A stretch of DNA of 64,000 bases from Candidatus Cloacimonadales bacterium (GCA_963665815.1 OY762463.1:126737-190736); one strand, 5' to 3'; shown: positions 41,201 through 49,236, counted from the stretch's first letter. Numbers and translations: made by a program. The notes: a model not told the origin generated them from the letters alone.

Positions 41201-41461
41201 TTTATTTGAAAGTTTATGTTTTTTTTTACAAATGAAAAGGTTATCGTCCTTTTGCTGAAGATCATCAAGTGTAATATTCTGAATCTTTTTTATTTGAAAA
41301 TTGAACTCATCATCTTTCGTGTTCAAAACAATATCATCAAAATTGTGTTTTTCATCAGCTTCAATCCTGATACTTTCTATATCTCTTTCTACATCCATTT
41401 TTACTAATAAATAGAATGTTACTAACTGTTGATACGTGTACCCAATAAATGCATTTCTCAT
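38246..41461 (-). CDS. PD-(D/E)xK (Cap4/DUF4297-like) nuclease + P-loop NTPase + long helical C-terminus; candidate anti-phage protein
   Basis: N-terminal A..GY.YQ...E....DD....FQIK; Walker A GKPGIGKS; Walker B LILDGLD; visibly AT-richer than its neighbours. Confidence 0.75.
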   Translation of the reverse strand: MRNAFIGYTYQQLVTFYLLVKMDVERDIESIRIEADEKHNFDDIVLNTKDDEFNFQIKKIQNITLDDLQQKDDNLFICKKKHKLSNKNNVVFVNEIDFESTYYILGIPTRKIDDYFVISHSENTLIEEIATLYNNDFERMYQLQSFFQKCLNTRKLNINLSDLPTVKTYMTELTDKTVNVIYEKMEFENLLHVEGKPGIGKSHYVSILTKDGSDTILYRFWISNQDNDYENRLKYRNFISDLSKKVFHNYILRSENEILEELNKRKYTLILDGLDHIENYNHKDFDLYYNFILKAAKYCRTIVLSRPIIRSFECKKVILPNWNFDQTRQVLDELYGIKDINICNEVYRITKGYAILVKFISEHFKLHKKLPELDQLSDVNSYYDKLITKEKGMKALSLFLCAHTFFMESEIEVFLGRMTSVIIFEFIREHPYLFEKQLNRVSLLHDSFTTFLRIKFGVDIELQNQIRSHVYSSIMNRERRFLSRYILLNLTKEQNYEIIKKYSNIGEFEKLTVNTIDFENISDFYFNLRLSLSDFHPEEFELIEYYNLAIICSIIGRSHIYDHHDFMYLLTKNLLCNNYSYDDIVSNGCLFAMLFYIEEHDISLLSRQYSDNPFDSSDFPKEIQAMKIKEDSFFKWHEIKIPEDALRRNLHDTNRISDENEIVYILVNSYIYKDNHRDYSFLFKSIELFRKNKKQNALELLLRNCPSWQRSRYLLHRYLNLAIKELQVRNIIKSDNIYSSNSMDEFLKNRIEMNNFELINEVKNFLRMANNEKRIFDIEAIYPIWLKYHNRRDYSLQSIPNALTVFELKSLIKEEDSIRFIKKVQDVSEKDYKHLLNEYMENHSSKIVEIIQENYTNDEGIVLWFNLPIKLINCISNDLFDRIIFEELEHRIYSHKFDYKNIVNVLKSEKKTYFLGILKEWKFRININSNDFGKLEIPLEYKDLFKIKDAKEEIQLQNEHQKIKILHDDDTEYIERNHLLPEEVACYHDGHGFTLAYIDLYSVFPKELIRRKIKTIIYNAISSKSLNSNYFHRTDFFLGNMLKLMYDNELDIDVETYWKSYNTFIRLSNIG

Positions 41462-41487
41462 AAAATTAACTCATTGTTTTTTACTGC

Positions 41488-41516
41488 AATATGAATCTGA
41501 GCCCAATTTCTGTCAA
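41488..41516 (-). promoter_or_regulatory. Sigma70-like promoter of the nuclease-NTPase gene
   Basis: Minus strand TTGACA-17 nt-CATATT, about 26 nt before the ATG. Confidence 0.55.
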
Positions 41517-41541
41517 GTCATAAACTTTCAATCGAATACAT

Positions 41542-41567
41542 AAAAAAACTGCCGCGTTAACGGCAGT
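41542..41567 (-). terminator. Intrinsic terminator after the APH-RIO gene
   Basis: ACTGCCG-TTAACG-CGGCAGT followed by a T-run on the minus strand. Confidence 0.8.
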
Positions 41568-41605
41568 CTCTAATAGAAATAAGCTCAAAAAACACTCTGT
41601 ACATT

Positions 41606-43291
41606 CTACTCCATAACAGGACCGAAATACATTTCCCAGGTCTCTTTTGAGAGCTGTTCATGGTCTATCTCAAGCCCTGAGCGTGCGAAGTAGTCCGAGA
41701 TGTTCTTCATGTCCCGTTTATGCATCATCCAGGCATGCGGATTTACATCCGGATCAACACACTGAGGGAAGTCAATTATATACGGTTCTCCGTCTTTATA
41801 CATAATGTTGAAGGGGGAGAGGTCGGCATGTACTATATTGTTGTTCAACATGATATGAATGTTGTCCATCAGCTTTTTAAAGCACAGTTCAGCTTCTTCG
41901 TAATCGAGATGAACATCTTTAAGCAGGGGGGCAGCCTTGGATCCGTAACCTATAAAACCCATAATAACTGCGTCATGTGTGCAGGCAATAGGTTCCGGGA
42001 CGTTTGCCCCTATATCATACAGCTTGGATAACGTGTCAAACTCATTGCTCACCCAGGTAGTTCTGGTTGAGATTTTACCAAAGCCGGATTTCTTTTCTTC
42101 TGCTCTTAACAGTCTTGTGTCCCAAACACGACCAATGTGATATATCTTTTCCTTCTTGAAGCTCCGAAATTCCCTCTGAAAGTAAATTTTTGCTGCCAGA
42201 TATTTGTGATTCATGCTCGAATGAGCATCACAGCAGAGAACAACCGCTTCTTTACCGCGTTTCACAACTCTGGTGACATCTGTAATCAGCTTCTCGTTCA
42301 CAAAAATCTCGCAGGACTCTCCATATCGGCTCAAGTCAGTTTTCATCTTATTTTCGTTATGGATAAGAGACTCAAATATGTTTTCCAGATGCTTATTATA
42401 GCGTTTGTCAATCCTTGCATTAAGACCGTTGTATACCTGCCCGACTTCTCCCATAAAGCTGAGACAGTGGCATGCAGTGTAGAAGTCCAGCACAAGTTTT
42501 TCTTCTTCGTCGAGTCCGTACAGATCAGCAATCAGATCTGTGTATTCCGTGTCCTGATGGTCTGCCAATAACGCCATGCGTGTCAGTGCCAGATTGAAGA
42601 GCTTATCTCCAAAGCAGATGTTGTCTACGTCTACAATACCGGCAAGCTTACCGTCTTTGATGAGGACGTTCTTTGTTGTAAGATCATCCAGAAACGGTAT
42701 AGGTCTAATCCTCGAGAAATATGTGTCAAACTTGCCCAGTTGAGAGAGCAGTATGTCAGCATGTTTACTGTCGAACATACGGTTTCTGTTAATGTTTTTT
42801 CTGGCAGAGGATATTGACTTGAGTATCACCATTTTCCAGTCTGAGAGCTCCTGTATATCAGGATCTTCATAACAGCAGGCAAAACCAAAACCATCGGCTG
42901 GTCGCAGGTAACTGACAGTATCCTGCATATCTTGTACAGACTTTGCAATATCCGATTTCCGGTCATGGGTGAGATCTGTATATACCTTTCCAAGGTCAAC
43001 CCCGTCAATGTACTCAATAATCATATAAGGTGTTTCATGCCCTGTGTCCTTGTGGAATAGCTCCGGCAAAGGTAGCCCCAGAGGTTTAAGCTGTTCATAC
43101 CAGTAGCATCCACCTTGTATAAAGTTACGTTTTTCAGGTGTAGTTATACGTAGTACAACGGATTTATCTTTCATGGTAACTTTGTACACATAATTACAAA
43201 GTCCTGTTTCAAAACGTTTTATAGATTTTATATCATTATCATAATGTTTACCGATGATTTTTTCTATGTAAGTATCATCAAATCTTACCAT
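41606..43291 (-). CDS. Fusion of an APH-family phosphotransferase (aa ~1-310) and a RIO1-family kinase (aa ~316-561)
   Basis: APH part: G..N.VY.V, VLRI, YMIIEYIDG, DDLTTKN, GIVDVD...GD. RIO part: K.GKEA.V, AAKIY, NEF..L, VP.P, VHADLSPFNI, IIDFPQ, RD..N...YF. Confidence 0.85.
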   Translation of the reverse strand: MVRFDDTYIEKIIGKHYDNDIKSIKRFETGLCNYVYKVTMKDKSVVLRITTPEKRNFIQGGCYWYEQLKPLGLPLPELFHKDTGHETPYMIIEYIDGVDLGKVYTDLTHDRKSDIAKSVQDMQDTVSYLRPADGFGFACCYEDPDIQELSDWKMVILKSISSARKNINRNRMFDSKHADILLSQLGKFDTYFSRIRPIPFLDDLTTKNVLIKDGKLAGIVDVDNICFGDKLFNLALTRMALLADHQDTEYTDLIADLYGLDEEEKLVLDFYTACHCLSFMGEVGQVYNGLNARIDKRYNKHLENIFESLIHNENKMKTDLSRYGESCEIFVNEKLITDVTRVVKRGKEAVVLCCDAHSSMNHKYLAAKIYFQREFRSFKKEKIYHIGRVWDTRLLRAEEKKSGFGKISTRTTWVSNEFDTLSKLYDIGANVPEPIACTHDAVIMGFIGYGSKAAPLLKDVHLDYEEAELCFKKLMDNIHIMLNNNIVHADLSPFNIMYKDGEPYIIDFPQCVDPDVNPHAWMMHKRDMKNISDYFARSGLEIDHEQLSKETWEMYFGPVME

Positions 43292-43293
43292 AG

Positions 43294-43354
43294 TATTCTC
43301 CTGTTTTATAAACGGGAGATATACTCAGATTTTTTTTAGCTTCTGAGCTCCCGT
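43294..43354 (-). promoter_or_regulatory. Alternative hairpins controlling the RBS of the APH-RIO gene
   Basis: In the mRNA, ACGGGAG-CUCAGA pairs with UCUGAG...CUCCCGU. Alternatively CUCC-C-GUUU pairs with AAAC-A-GGAG, which contains the RBS. Confidence 0.65.
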
Positions 43355-43452
43355 CTACTATGTAGTTCACAATTCCATAAATTATTATTCATATATATTA
43401 GTGTGTGACAATCCTTCATTCCTTCTGTGTTATTTACTGATACACGGACCAT
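43336..43452 (-). CDS. Putative leader peptide uORF3 (38 aa, MVRVSVNNTEGMKDCHTLIYMNNNLWNCELHSRRELRS)
   Basis: AAGGAG RBS 6 nt before the ATG; the stop codon lies inside the downstream switch hairpin. Confidence 0.55.
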   Translation of the reverse strand: MVRVSVNNTEGMKDCHTLIYMNNNLWNCELHSRRELRS

Positions 43453-43479
43453 AGTTTACTCCTTTTGTGTTTTGTTTAT

Positions 43480-43566
43480 AAAAAAAAGCCCACGAAACCG
43501 GATAGTCCCGTGGGCATTCAAAGTGCTTATTATATATTATGGGATTAGCCGGTACAGACCAATCCC
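43480..43566 (-). promoter_or_regulatory. Transcription attenuator (1:2 hairpin, 2:3 antiterminator, 3:4 terminator)
   Basis: 1:2 is GGGAUUGG...CUAAUCCC (43566-43541). 3:4 is GCCCACGGGA...UUUCGUGGGC-U8 (43515-43480). Segment 2 ACCGGCUAAUCCC is complementary to segment 3 GGGACUAUCCGGU at 11 of 13 positions. Confidence 0.75.
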
Positions 43567-43615
43567 GTATTTGAAATGTCTATTGTAAAAGAGTTCTTTG
43601 TATGATATATATTTT

Positions 43616-43636
43616 TTATGTTATCTTATATTTCAT
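43616..43636 (-). CDS. Possible leader peptide uORF2 (MKYKIT)
   Basis: ATG AAA TAT AAG ATA ACA TAA with only a weak GGT SD; about 50 nt upstream of the attenuator. Confidence 0.3.
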   Translation of the reverse strand: MKYKIT

Positions 43637-43711
43637 TTTACCAAATTATCAATATGAATTTGGAATATTTACAAAGTTCTTTAATTGGATTCAAACGTTA
43701 AGAGATTGATC

Positions 43712-43750
43712 TTAGATTATTTGGATTCCTTTTTCTAATTTAAATTGCAT
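43712..43750 (-). CDS. Putative leader peptide uORF1 (MQFKLEKGIQII)
   Basis: Strong AAGGAGG RBS 5 nt before the ATG. TTGACA lies at 43810-43805 upstream; the -10 box is weak. Confidence 0.5.
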   Translation of the reverse strand: MQFKLEKGIQII

Positions 43751-43820
43751 CTTTGCCTCCTTAACGTTTTTTTATTAAATCAATATTGAGTAGTATTCTA
43801 AATCTGTCAAATAAATTATG

Positions 43821-45305
43821 TTATTCTTCGAAAGACACCATAAACGTATCATCTGCATACTCAGTGAGTTTCACATTTCTGTTTTCTCGATATTTGTGGA
43901 GAATCTCATCTATTCTATCAAGTGAAGTTGAGATTCTGTCGAAGTGTTTTTTATTTCTGCTGTTCAAGTTGCCTATCTGAAGTTCTATCATCTCCATATT
44001 GCCCTTAATCACAGTCAAAGGCTGGTTAAGCTCATGATTCGCTGTTACAGCCATAGCATAAACCGTGTTCTTTCGAGCAAGAATCCTGATCTCTTCCTGA
44101 GCCTTTTCCAGTTCTTCATTTCTTTTTTTTAATTCATCATTTTTTTGTTCAAGAATCTTGTGTTCACGCTCTTTCTGCTCCATTTCAAATTTTGTTCGCA
44201 GTTCCGCGGATTTCTCTGAAAGATTTTCATTAAAGATTTCTTCCTGCAGATCGAGTAACTCCTGATACGTTTTTACTTCACCTTCATAATCTTTTCTGGC
44301 ATGTAAAATCTCGGTTTTATTCCTCAATACCAGCTTCAGTTCTGCAAGATTCCCCTGATCTCGAGTAAGTTTTTCAGATTCTGTTATCTCTTTGCATGCC
44401 ATATCTAACTTGTCCTGACGATAGTAATTCATGGCAATATTGAGTTTCAACTTTGGCAGTATGGTTGTCATCTTATATTCATTGCACAATTTAAGTGCTT
44501 TATCAAATTCTGTTTGAGCTTTATCATGAAGTTTGAGTTCCCTGTAAGAAGCTCCAATGTTCATAGTGGAAAGTGCAATCCACTCATGGTTTATATTCTG
44601 TTCTATAAGATAATCTCTGGCATGAGAGAAAAAATCAATTGCTTTATCGTATTTATGATTTGAGAAGTAATGTGTACCAAGGTTGGCGAGGAATGCACTC
44701 TCAAGTCGCTTATTGTTCTGCTCAGAAGAGATTTTCAAACCCTTAAGTCCTATTTCCTCAAAAGATTTCTGATCGTTAATTGCATAAAAATATGATTGCA
44801 TGTTAATATAGATATCAGGAAGTATAGCCTGCTTATCAAGTCTTAAAGCAAGTTCTTCAGCCAGCAGATAGTTCTTGTATGCTTCTTCCAGATTATTAAT
44901 GTAAACATTGCACAGTCCAATATTGATATGGACATTTATCAGGTGTTTACAGTCTGGATCACCTTGAGATAGAATGTATTCTTTCAATTTAAGAAGGCTT
45001 TCTAATGCTTCCTGATGCCTGCCCGAGTTAATTGTCAGAGCAGCTATTCTGTTTCTGGTTATAATAATCTTTTCAAAAACATCTGTTAACTCCCAGTATT
45101 GAAGAAGCTTCTTCTCCAGAATAAAGGCTTTTTCTCTTTCTGTTGTTCTCCAAATTCTGGCAGCCAGCTCACCGATTGCCATAGGGAGATCCTGATTTTT
45201 TTCAAACATACTGAAGAGTTTATCCAAATCTATCGAGTTAAAGATTTCAATGGGACTCCGGGATTCAGAATTAATTTCTTTAATTAAAGATTCAATATAT
45301 TCCAT
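43821..45305 (-). CDS. TPR-repeat protein with a C-terminal HisKA dimerization/phosphoacceptor domain and no ATPase domain
   Basis: TPR repeats, coiled coil ELRTKFE.EQKE.E, ANHELNQPLTVI.G; the protein ends about 70 aa after the His. GGTGG RBS before the ATG at 45305. Confidence 0.8.
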   Translation of the reverse strand: MEYIESLIKEINSESRSPIEIFNSIDLDKLFSMFEKNQDLPMAIGELAARIWRTTEREKAFILEKKLLQYWELTDVFEKIIITRNRIAALTINSGRHQEALESLLKLKEYILSQGDPDCKHLINVHINIGLCNVYINNLEEAYKNYLLAEELALRLDKQAILPDIYINMQSYFYAINDQKSFEEIGLKGLKISSEQNNKRLESAFLANLGTHYFSNHKYDKAIDFFSHARDYLIEQNINHEWIALSTMNIGASYRELKLHDKAQTEFDKALKLCNEYKMTTILPKLKLNIAMNYYRQDKLDMACKEITESEKLTRDQGNLAELKLVLRNKTEILHARKDYEGEVKTYQELLDLQEEIFNENLSEKSAELRTKFEMEQKEREHKILEQKNDELKKRNEELEKAQEEIRILARKNTVYAMAVTANHELNQPLTVIKGNMEMIELQIGNLNSRNKKHFDRISTSLDRIDEILHKYRENRNVKLTEYADDTFMVSFEE

Positions 45306-45467
45306 AATAACCACCAACTGTATTATTGTTTATAATATATGTGTAATTCAAAAATTAGACTATAAATAAATTTTTAATGTAAGAGTTGTAAATGAATATT
45401 TCTTCAAAAAGATGTAAGGATGTTAAAAAGAAGCAGTCGAAAATACATGATTACAAGAAATTAGCAC

Positions 45468-45500
45468 AAAAAAAAGGACCGGATTAAAACCAGTCCTTTT
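45468..45500 (-). terminator. Intrinsic terminator after the C25 peptidase
   Basis: AAAAGGAC(C/T)GG stem flanked by A/T runs. Confidence 0.7.
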
Positions 45501-45519
45501 AAGAGATTTATTATCGCTG

Positions 45520-48500
45520 CTATTTGAGCAACAGCATTTTACTTGTTTGTACCGTGCTTGCAGTTCTAAGTCTGAAGAAGTAAACACCTGTACCAACAGA
45601 TTTTTCACTGTTATCTTTACCAGACCATACGATTGTATGACTTCCTTCGGAATATACCTTGTTATCAAGTGTCTTAACAAGCTGACCCTTGATGTTGTAT
45701 ACTTGAAGAAGTGCAGGTTGACTGCTGTCTTTCTGATTAATGCTGAAAGCTATTGTTGTTTCAGGATTAAATGGATTTGGATAGTTTCCAGTAACAGCAG
45801 TTTCGTAATTATTTACATCTGAATTATCATTATCAACAATATAGCTTACTGAACCGTTTCTTGAATATGATCCTTTGAAAGTATGCCATTTATTGATATG
45901 ACCTCTATGAGTTTTTATATCCCATCCGAGTAGCTTTCCAGGTGCTCCGATGAATATATCAGGATTTCTGTCCATGTCAAGGTTATCTACAGTGAGAAGT
46001 CCGTTTGACTGATAAACTCCTGCTACAGGGTAACCATCGTGTGATGTTCCGTCTCCGTTGTAAACAAAGAGACTTGAGTAATCGTCCACAAGAATGATAT
46101 CATTCAAATCGTCTGCATTTATATCAGCTATAACGGGACTTGTAGAAATGTCATGCGGAAGAGTTACAGGCCATGAACCTGTAAGGTTCTGAAGGCTGCT
46201 GTCTACTGCGAATATTTCTTTAGAATCAAGAGATAAAATAATATCGTTATTGCTATCTCCGTTTACATCAGCTATTGCAAATGAACCAATAATCTGACTG
46301 TTAAATTCCCTTGAATGAATGATTTGACCGTTTTGAACAACAAATACTTTACCTGCATTATTTCCAACAACAATCTTATCGGAATCAAAGACTACAGGAT
46401 CTACTGAAAGGAATCCTTCAAGGTCAACATAGCTTACTGTTCCATCACTTTCGATGATAGCCAGTTTTTCACTTGCTGTTGCAGCAACTATTTCGTTAGC
46501 ACCGTCATTATCGATATCAGCAACAGTAACAGATACTCTGACTGAAGCTGTCAGATTGACAGGGAAGTTTGCAACAGAATTTCCATCTTTATCATACACC
46601 ATTATCTGGTTATTTTCATTAGGACTACCTGCAATGATTGTCTCTAAACCGGAATCGGTAGTGAAATCTGCGAATACCGGAGTCGTGAAAACAAAACCAA
46701 GATTGTCCTTCTGGAATTTCATGCTTCCGTCGTTGTTAATCACTTTAAGATTACCATCAAGGAAGTGTGTTACAGCAATTTCTTTGTTTCCGTCACCATC
46801 AATGTCTGCAACAGCTATTGAGGCTTTAGAATTTCCACTTGATGATCCTGCAACAGGGAATCCTGCTAAAGCTGAACCATCAGCGTTGAATGCATAAACT
46901 TTGCTGTATTCGTCACAAAAAATAACTTCTTTAACATTATCGTTGTTAATATCTGTAATTACTGGTGCACCGATAACATCGGCATCATCGATATTAATTG
47001 GGAAACCTGCATACTCAAAACCTGTCTGGATTGGTACATGGTGGTACTCAACATAATTTCTTCCGGTTGAAGCATCAGTGCCTGCTTCTACTTTTACGAT
47101 AATATCGAAAACACCTGTTGCACAATCAGAATTAAGCCTGAATAGTACAGATGCACTGGCATTGGCTGATTCAATTGAAGAATCTATGGCAAGATCACCA
47201 ATGTTGGCTGTTCCAAGACCGGTAACATTATCGTCATCCATAACAGTGATATTAATACCTGTGGCAGAACCACCAACAGGCATATTGTATTCGTTAAGGA
47301 TTGTGTTGTTTGAGAGAGTAAATCTGAGAGCTGCTCTTTCTCCAGGGTTGATTTTGCCATCACCATCTCCCGGTGATTCAACAGCTCCGGTTGTTCCGTC
47401 TTCAAACACAAGGTTTGGAACATCACCATAACCTCTTTTGTATTCAAGAGAAGGATCTCCGAAAAGAACTAATTCATAATAAACCCATCTGAATACTCCA
47501 TTGTCAATATCATTGATATGTGGAAGTTTTGAGTTTGTGAGTACTGAACCAATATTGTAATTACCTTCTTCCATTATATCATGGAAGAAAGTCTTATCAA
47601 ACTTATATGAAGTTGCATCAGTAACATACTGACGACTATAGAAACCGTATCTTGTATTTCCAACGTAAGCAGCAAGCCCACCCGGAGCAACCATGAGGTT
47701 TTCTCCGATACATTCGTCTGCTCCACTGACAGAATCATCAAATGCAAGTGAATAACATCCAATAGAATATACGATTGGGAATTTTGTATTAGAAAGCTCA
47801 AATGCTTCTGTTCTTGTGAGCCCCATTGCAATTGGATAATCACAGTGACCAACGTGGTTTATAACAGAACCATGATTTCTGTTGAATTCATCTTCAACTC
47901 CCTGCTGACTGAAAGTATTGTATCTTTCATACAGTGTTTTCATGTCATATTCAAACTGGAACTGATAAAATTCCTGAGCAATGGCATTCTTATAACTTGA
48001 TCCGTATGAATAGTTCTGTCCGTCATTATCAAGTTTTTCACCGATGAAAAGTGCTGTATCATGATAATGTGAAAATGTATTTTCGTATTCTTTTGATTTA
48101 GCAATCATGTTTAGGAAATCCTGAGTAATATCACCAGGCATTCTACCGATATGAACTTCAGGAGTTAAGTCAGTACCATCATTGAATTCACCATAAAAAC
48201 CGTCACCATCGTCGTTCCATGTTCCATCAAGTGCTCCAAAATAGAGATCACATGGGATATAGCCTCTTTCGTTGCCGTTATTTGCTACAGCAAGTCTGAA
48301 TGGGATTATTTCATCATCGCCTGCAAGTATTACATACTCAAGGAAATCAGTTGAACTGTTTGCCCATGATGTATAAGCGTGGTCAATGAATTGTCTCATT
48401 TGATCAGCATGATCAAGACCTGTATAGTCTGAATATATTACTGCAATATCAAATACACCGGTTGAAACACCATTTGATTCTTTATATGATGCAAAATCCT

Positions 48501-49218
48501 GGAAAGTTGCAATATGAGCCTGGTCTGTGATAATAATCATTTTCTTAGGGTCATTAGGGTCAATCTGGCTGTCTCTTTCAAGATTTACAGTTGCGTGATC
48601 AGGATATGAGTTAACCGCATCAGGATTTAGGATCAGATTCTTGAATTTATCATGAATTCTTGAATTATTGATGATTCTTTTACTTTGTTCATTTGCAATT
48701 GATGCGTCGTATTCTGTATTGATAAACACTTCAACTTTATTGAAATACATGATTTCTTCAGTTTCAGGATTATATTTGTATGGATAGATATTGATGAATG
48801 CAAGATCAAATCCATTCATTCTTTGAACTGTAACAAGCTTGTGATCGTATTCAGGGAAGAATACTGAGCTGTTATAGATTTCCTCGTTTCTAGGTGTTCT
48901 GACAAACTCCTGAGTTCTTCCTTTTTGAATAGGAATCTGTTGTTGAACCTGATCAAGATCAAAATGTCCGTCAAGCACAACAGGATCATCCATATTAACT
49001 TCAATTGAAGTTATTTTCTCTCCAAACGGTAACAAAACATTAGATGTTTTGTAAGGAAGTCTTGGAGCTCCCGGATCAGCAATGAATCTTACGTCAGAAT
49101 CAACGCTGATAACCTTGTTTTTGCATGTTGGTGCATCAACAAAATGTGTGAAATTAAGTGTTTCAGCTACAAGGCTAAATGCAGCGAAACACAAAAGTAT
49201 TACTAAAAATCTCTTCAT
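45520..49218 (-). CDS. C25 (gingipain-family) cysteine peptidase with propeptide, FG-GAP-like repeats and a FlgD/T9SS-like C-terminal domain
   Basis: PGAPRLP propeptide, YVIL.GD, D..F..LDG, IGR.P, NHVGH, SIGC, LFGDP; repeated ADIDGDG.KEI; YPNPFNPET...KMLLLK. Confidence 0.88.
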   Translation of the reverse strand: MKRFLVILLCFAAFSLVAETLNFTHFVDAPTCKNKVISVDSDVRFIADPGAPRLPYKTSNVLLPFGEKITSIEVNMDDPVVLDGHFDLDQVQQQIPIQKGRTQEFVRTPRNEEIYNSSVFFPEYDHKLVTVQRMNGFDLAFINIYPYKYNPETEEIMYFNKVEVFINTEYDASIANEQSKRIINNSRIHDKFKNLILNPDAVNSYPDHATVNLERDSQIDPNDPKKMIIITDQAHIATFQDFASYKESNGVSTGVFDIAVIYSDYTGLDHADQMRQFIDHAYTSWANSSTDFLEYVILAGDDEIIPFRLAVANNGNERGYIPCDLYFGALDGTWNDDGDGFYGEFNDGTDLTPEVHIGRMPGDITQDFLNMIAKSKEYENTFSHYHDTALFIGEKLDNDGQNYSYGSSYKNAIAQEFYQFQFEYDMKTLYERYNTFSQQGVEDEFNRNHGSVINHVGHCDYPIAMGLTRTEAFELSNTKFPIVYSIGCYSLAFDDSVSGADECIGENLMVAPGGLAAYVGNTRYGFYSRQYVTDATSYKFDKTFFHDIMEEGNYNIGSVLTNSKLPHINDIDNGVFRWVYYELVLFGDPSLEYKRGYGDVPNLVFEDGTTGAVESPGDGDGKINPGERAALRFTLSNNTILNEYNMPVGGSATGINITVMDDDNVTGLGTANIGDLAIDSSIESANASASVLFRLNSDCATGVFDIIVKVEAGTDASTGRNYVEYHHVPIQTGFEYAGFPINIDDADVIGAPVITDINNDNVKEVIFCDEYSKVYAFNADGSALAGFPVAGSSSGNSKASIAVADIDGDGNKEIAVTHFLDGNLKVINNDGSMKFQKDNLGFVFTTPVFADFTTDSGLETIIAGSPNENNQIMVYDKDGNSVANFPVNLTASVRVSVTVADIDNDGANEIVAATASEKLAIIESDGTVSYVDLEGFLSVDPVVFDSDKIVVGNNAGKVFVVQNGQIIHSREFNSQIIGSFAIADVNGDSNNDIILSLDSKEIFAVDSSLQNLTGSWPVTLPHDISTSPVIADINADDLNDIILVDDYSSLFVYNGDGTSHDGYPVAGVYQSNGLLTVDNLDMDRNPDIFIGAPGKLLGWDIKTHRGHINKWHTFKGSYSRNGSVSYIVDNDNSDVNNYETAVTGNYPNPFNPETTIAFSINQKDSSQPALLQVYNIKGQLVKTLDNKVYSEGSHTIVWSGKDNSEKSVGTGVYFFRLRTASTVQTSKMLLLK

Positions 49219-49236
49219 AGTTACTCCTGTTATTAT

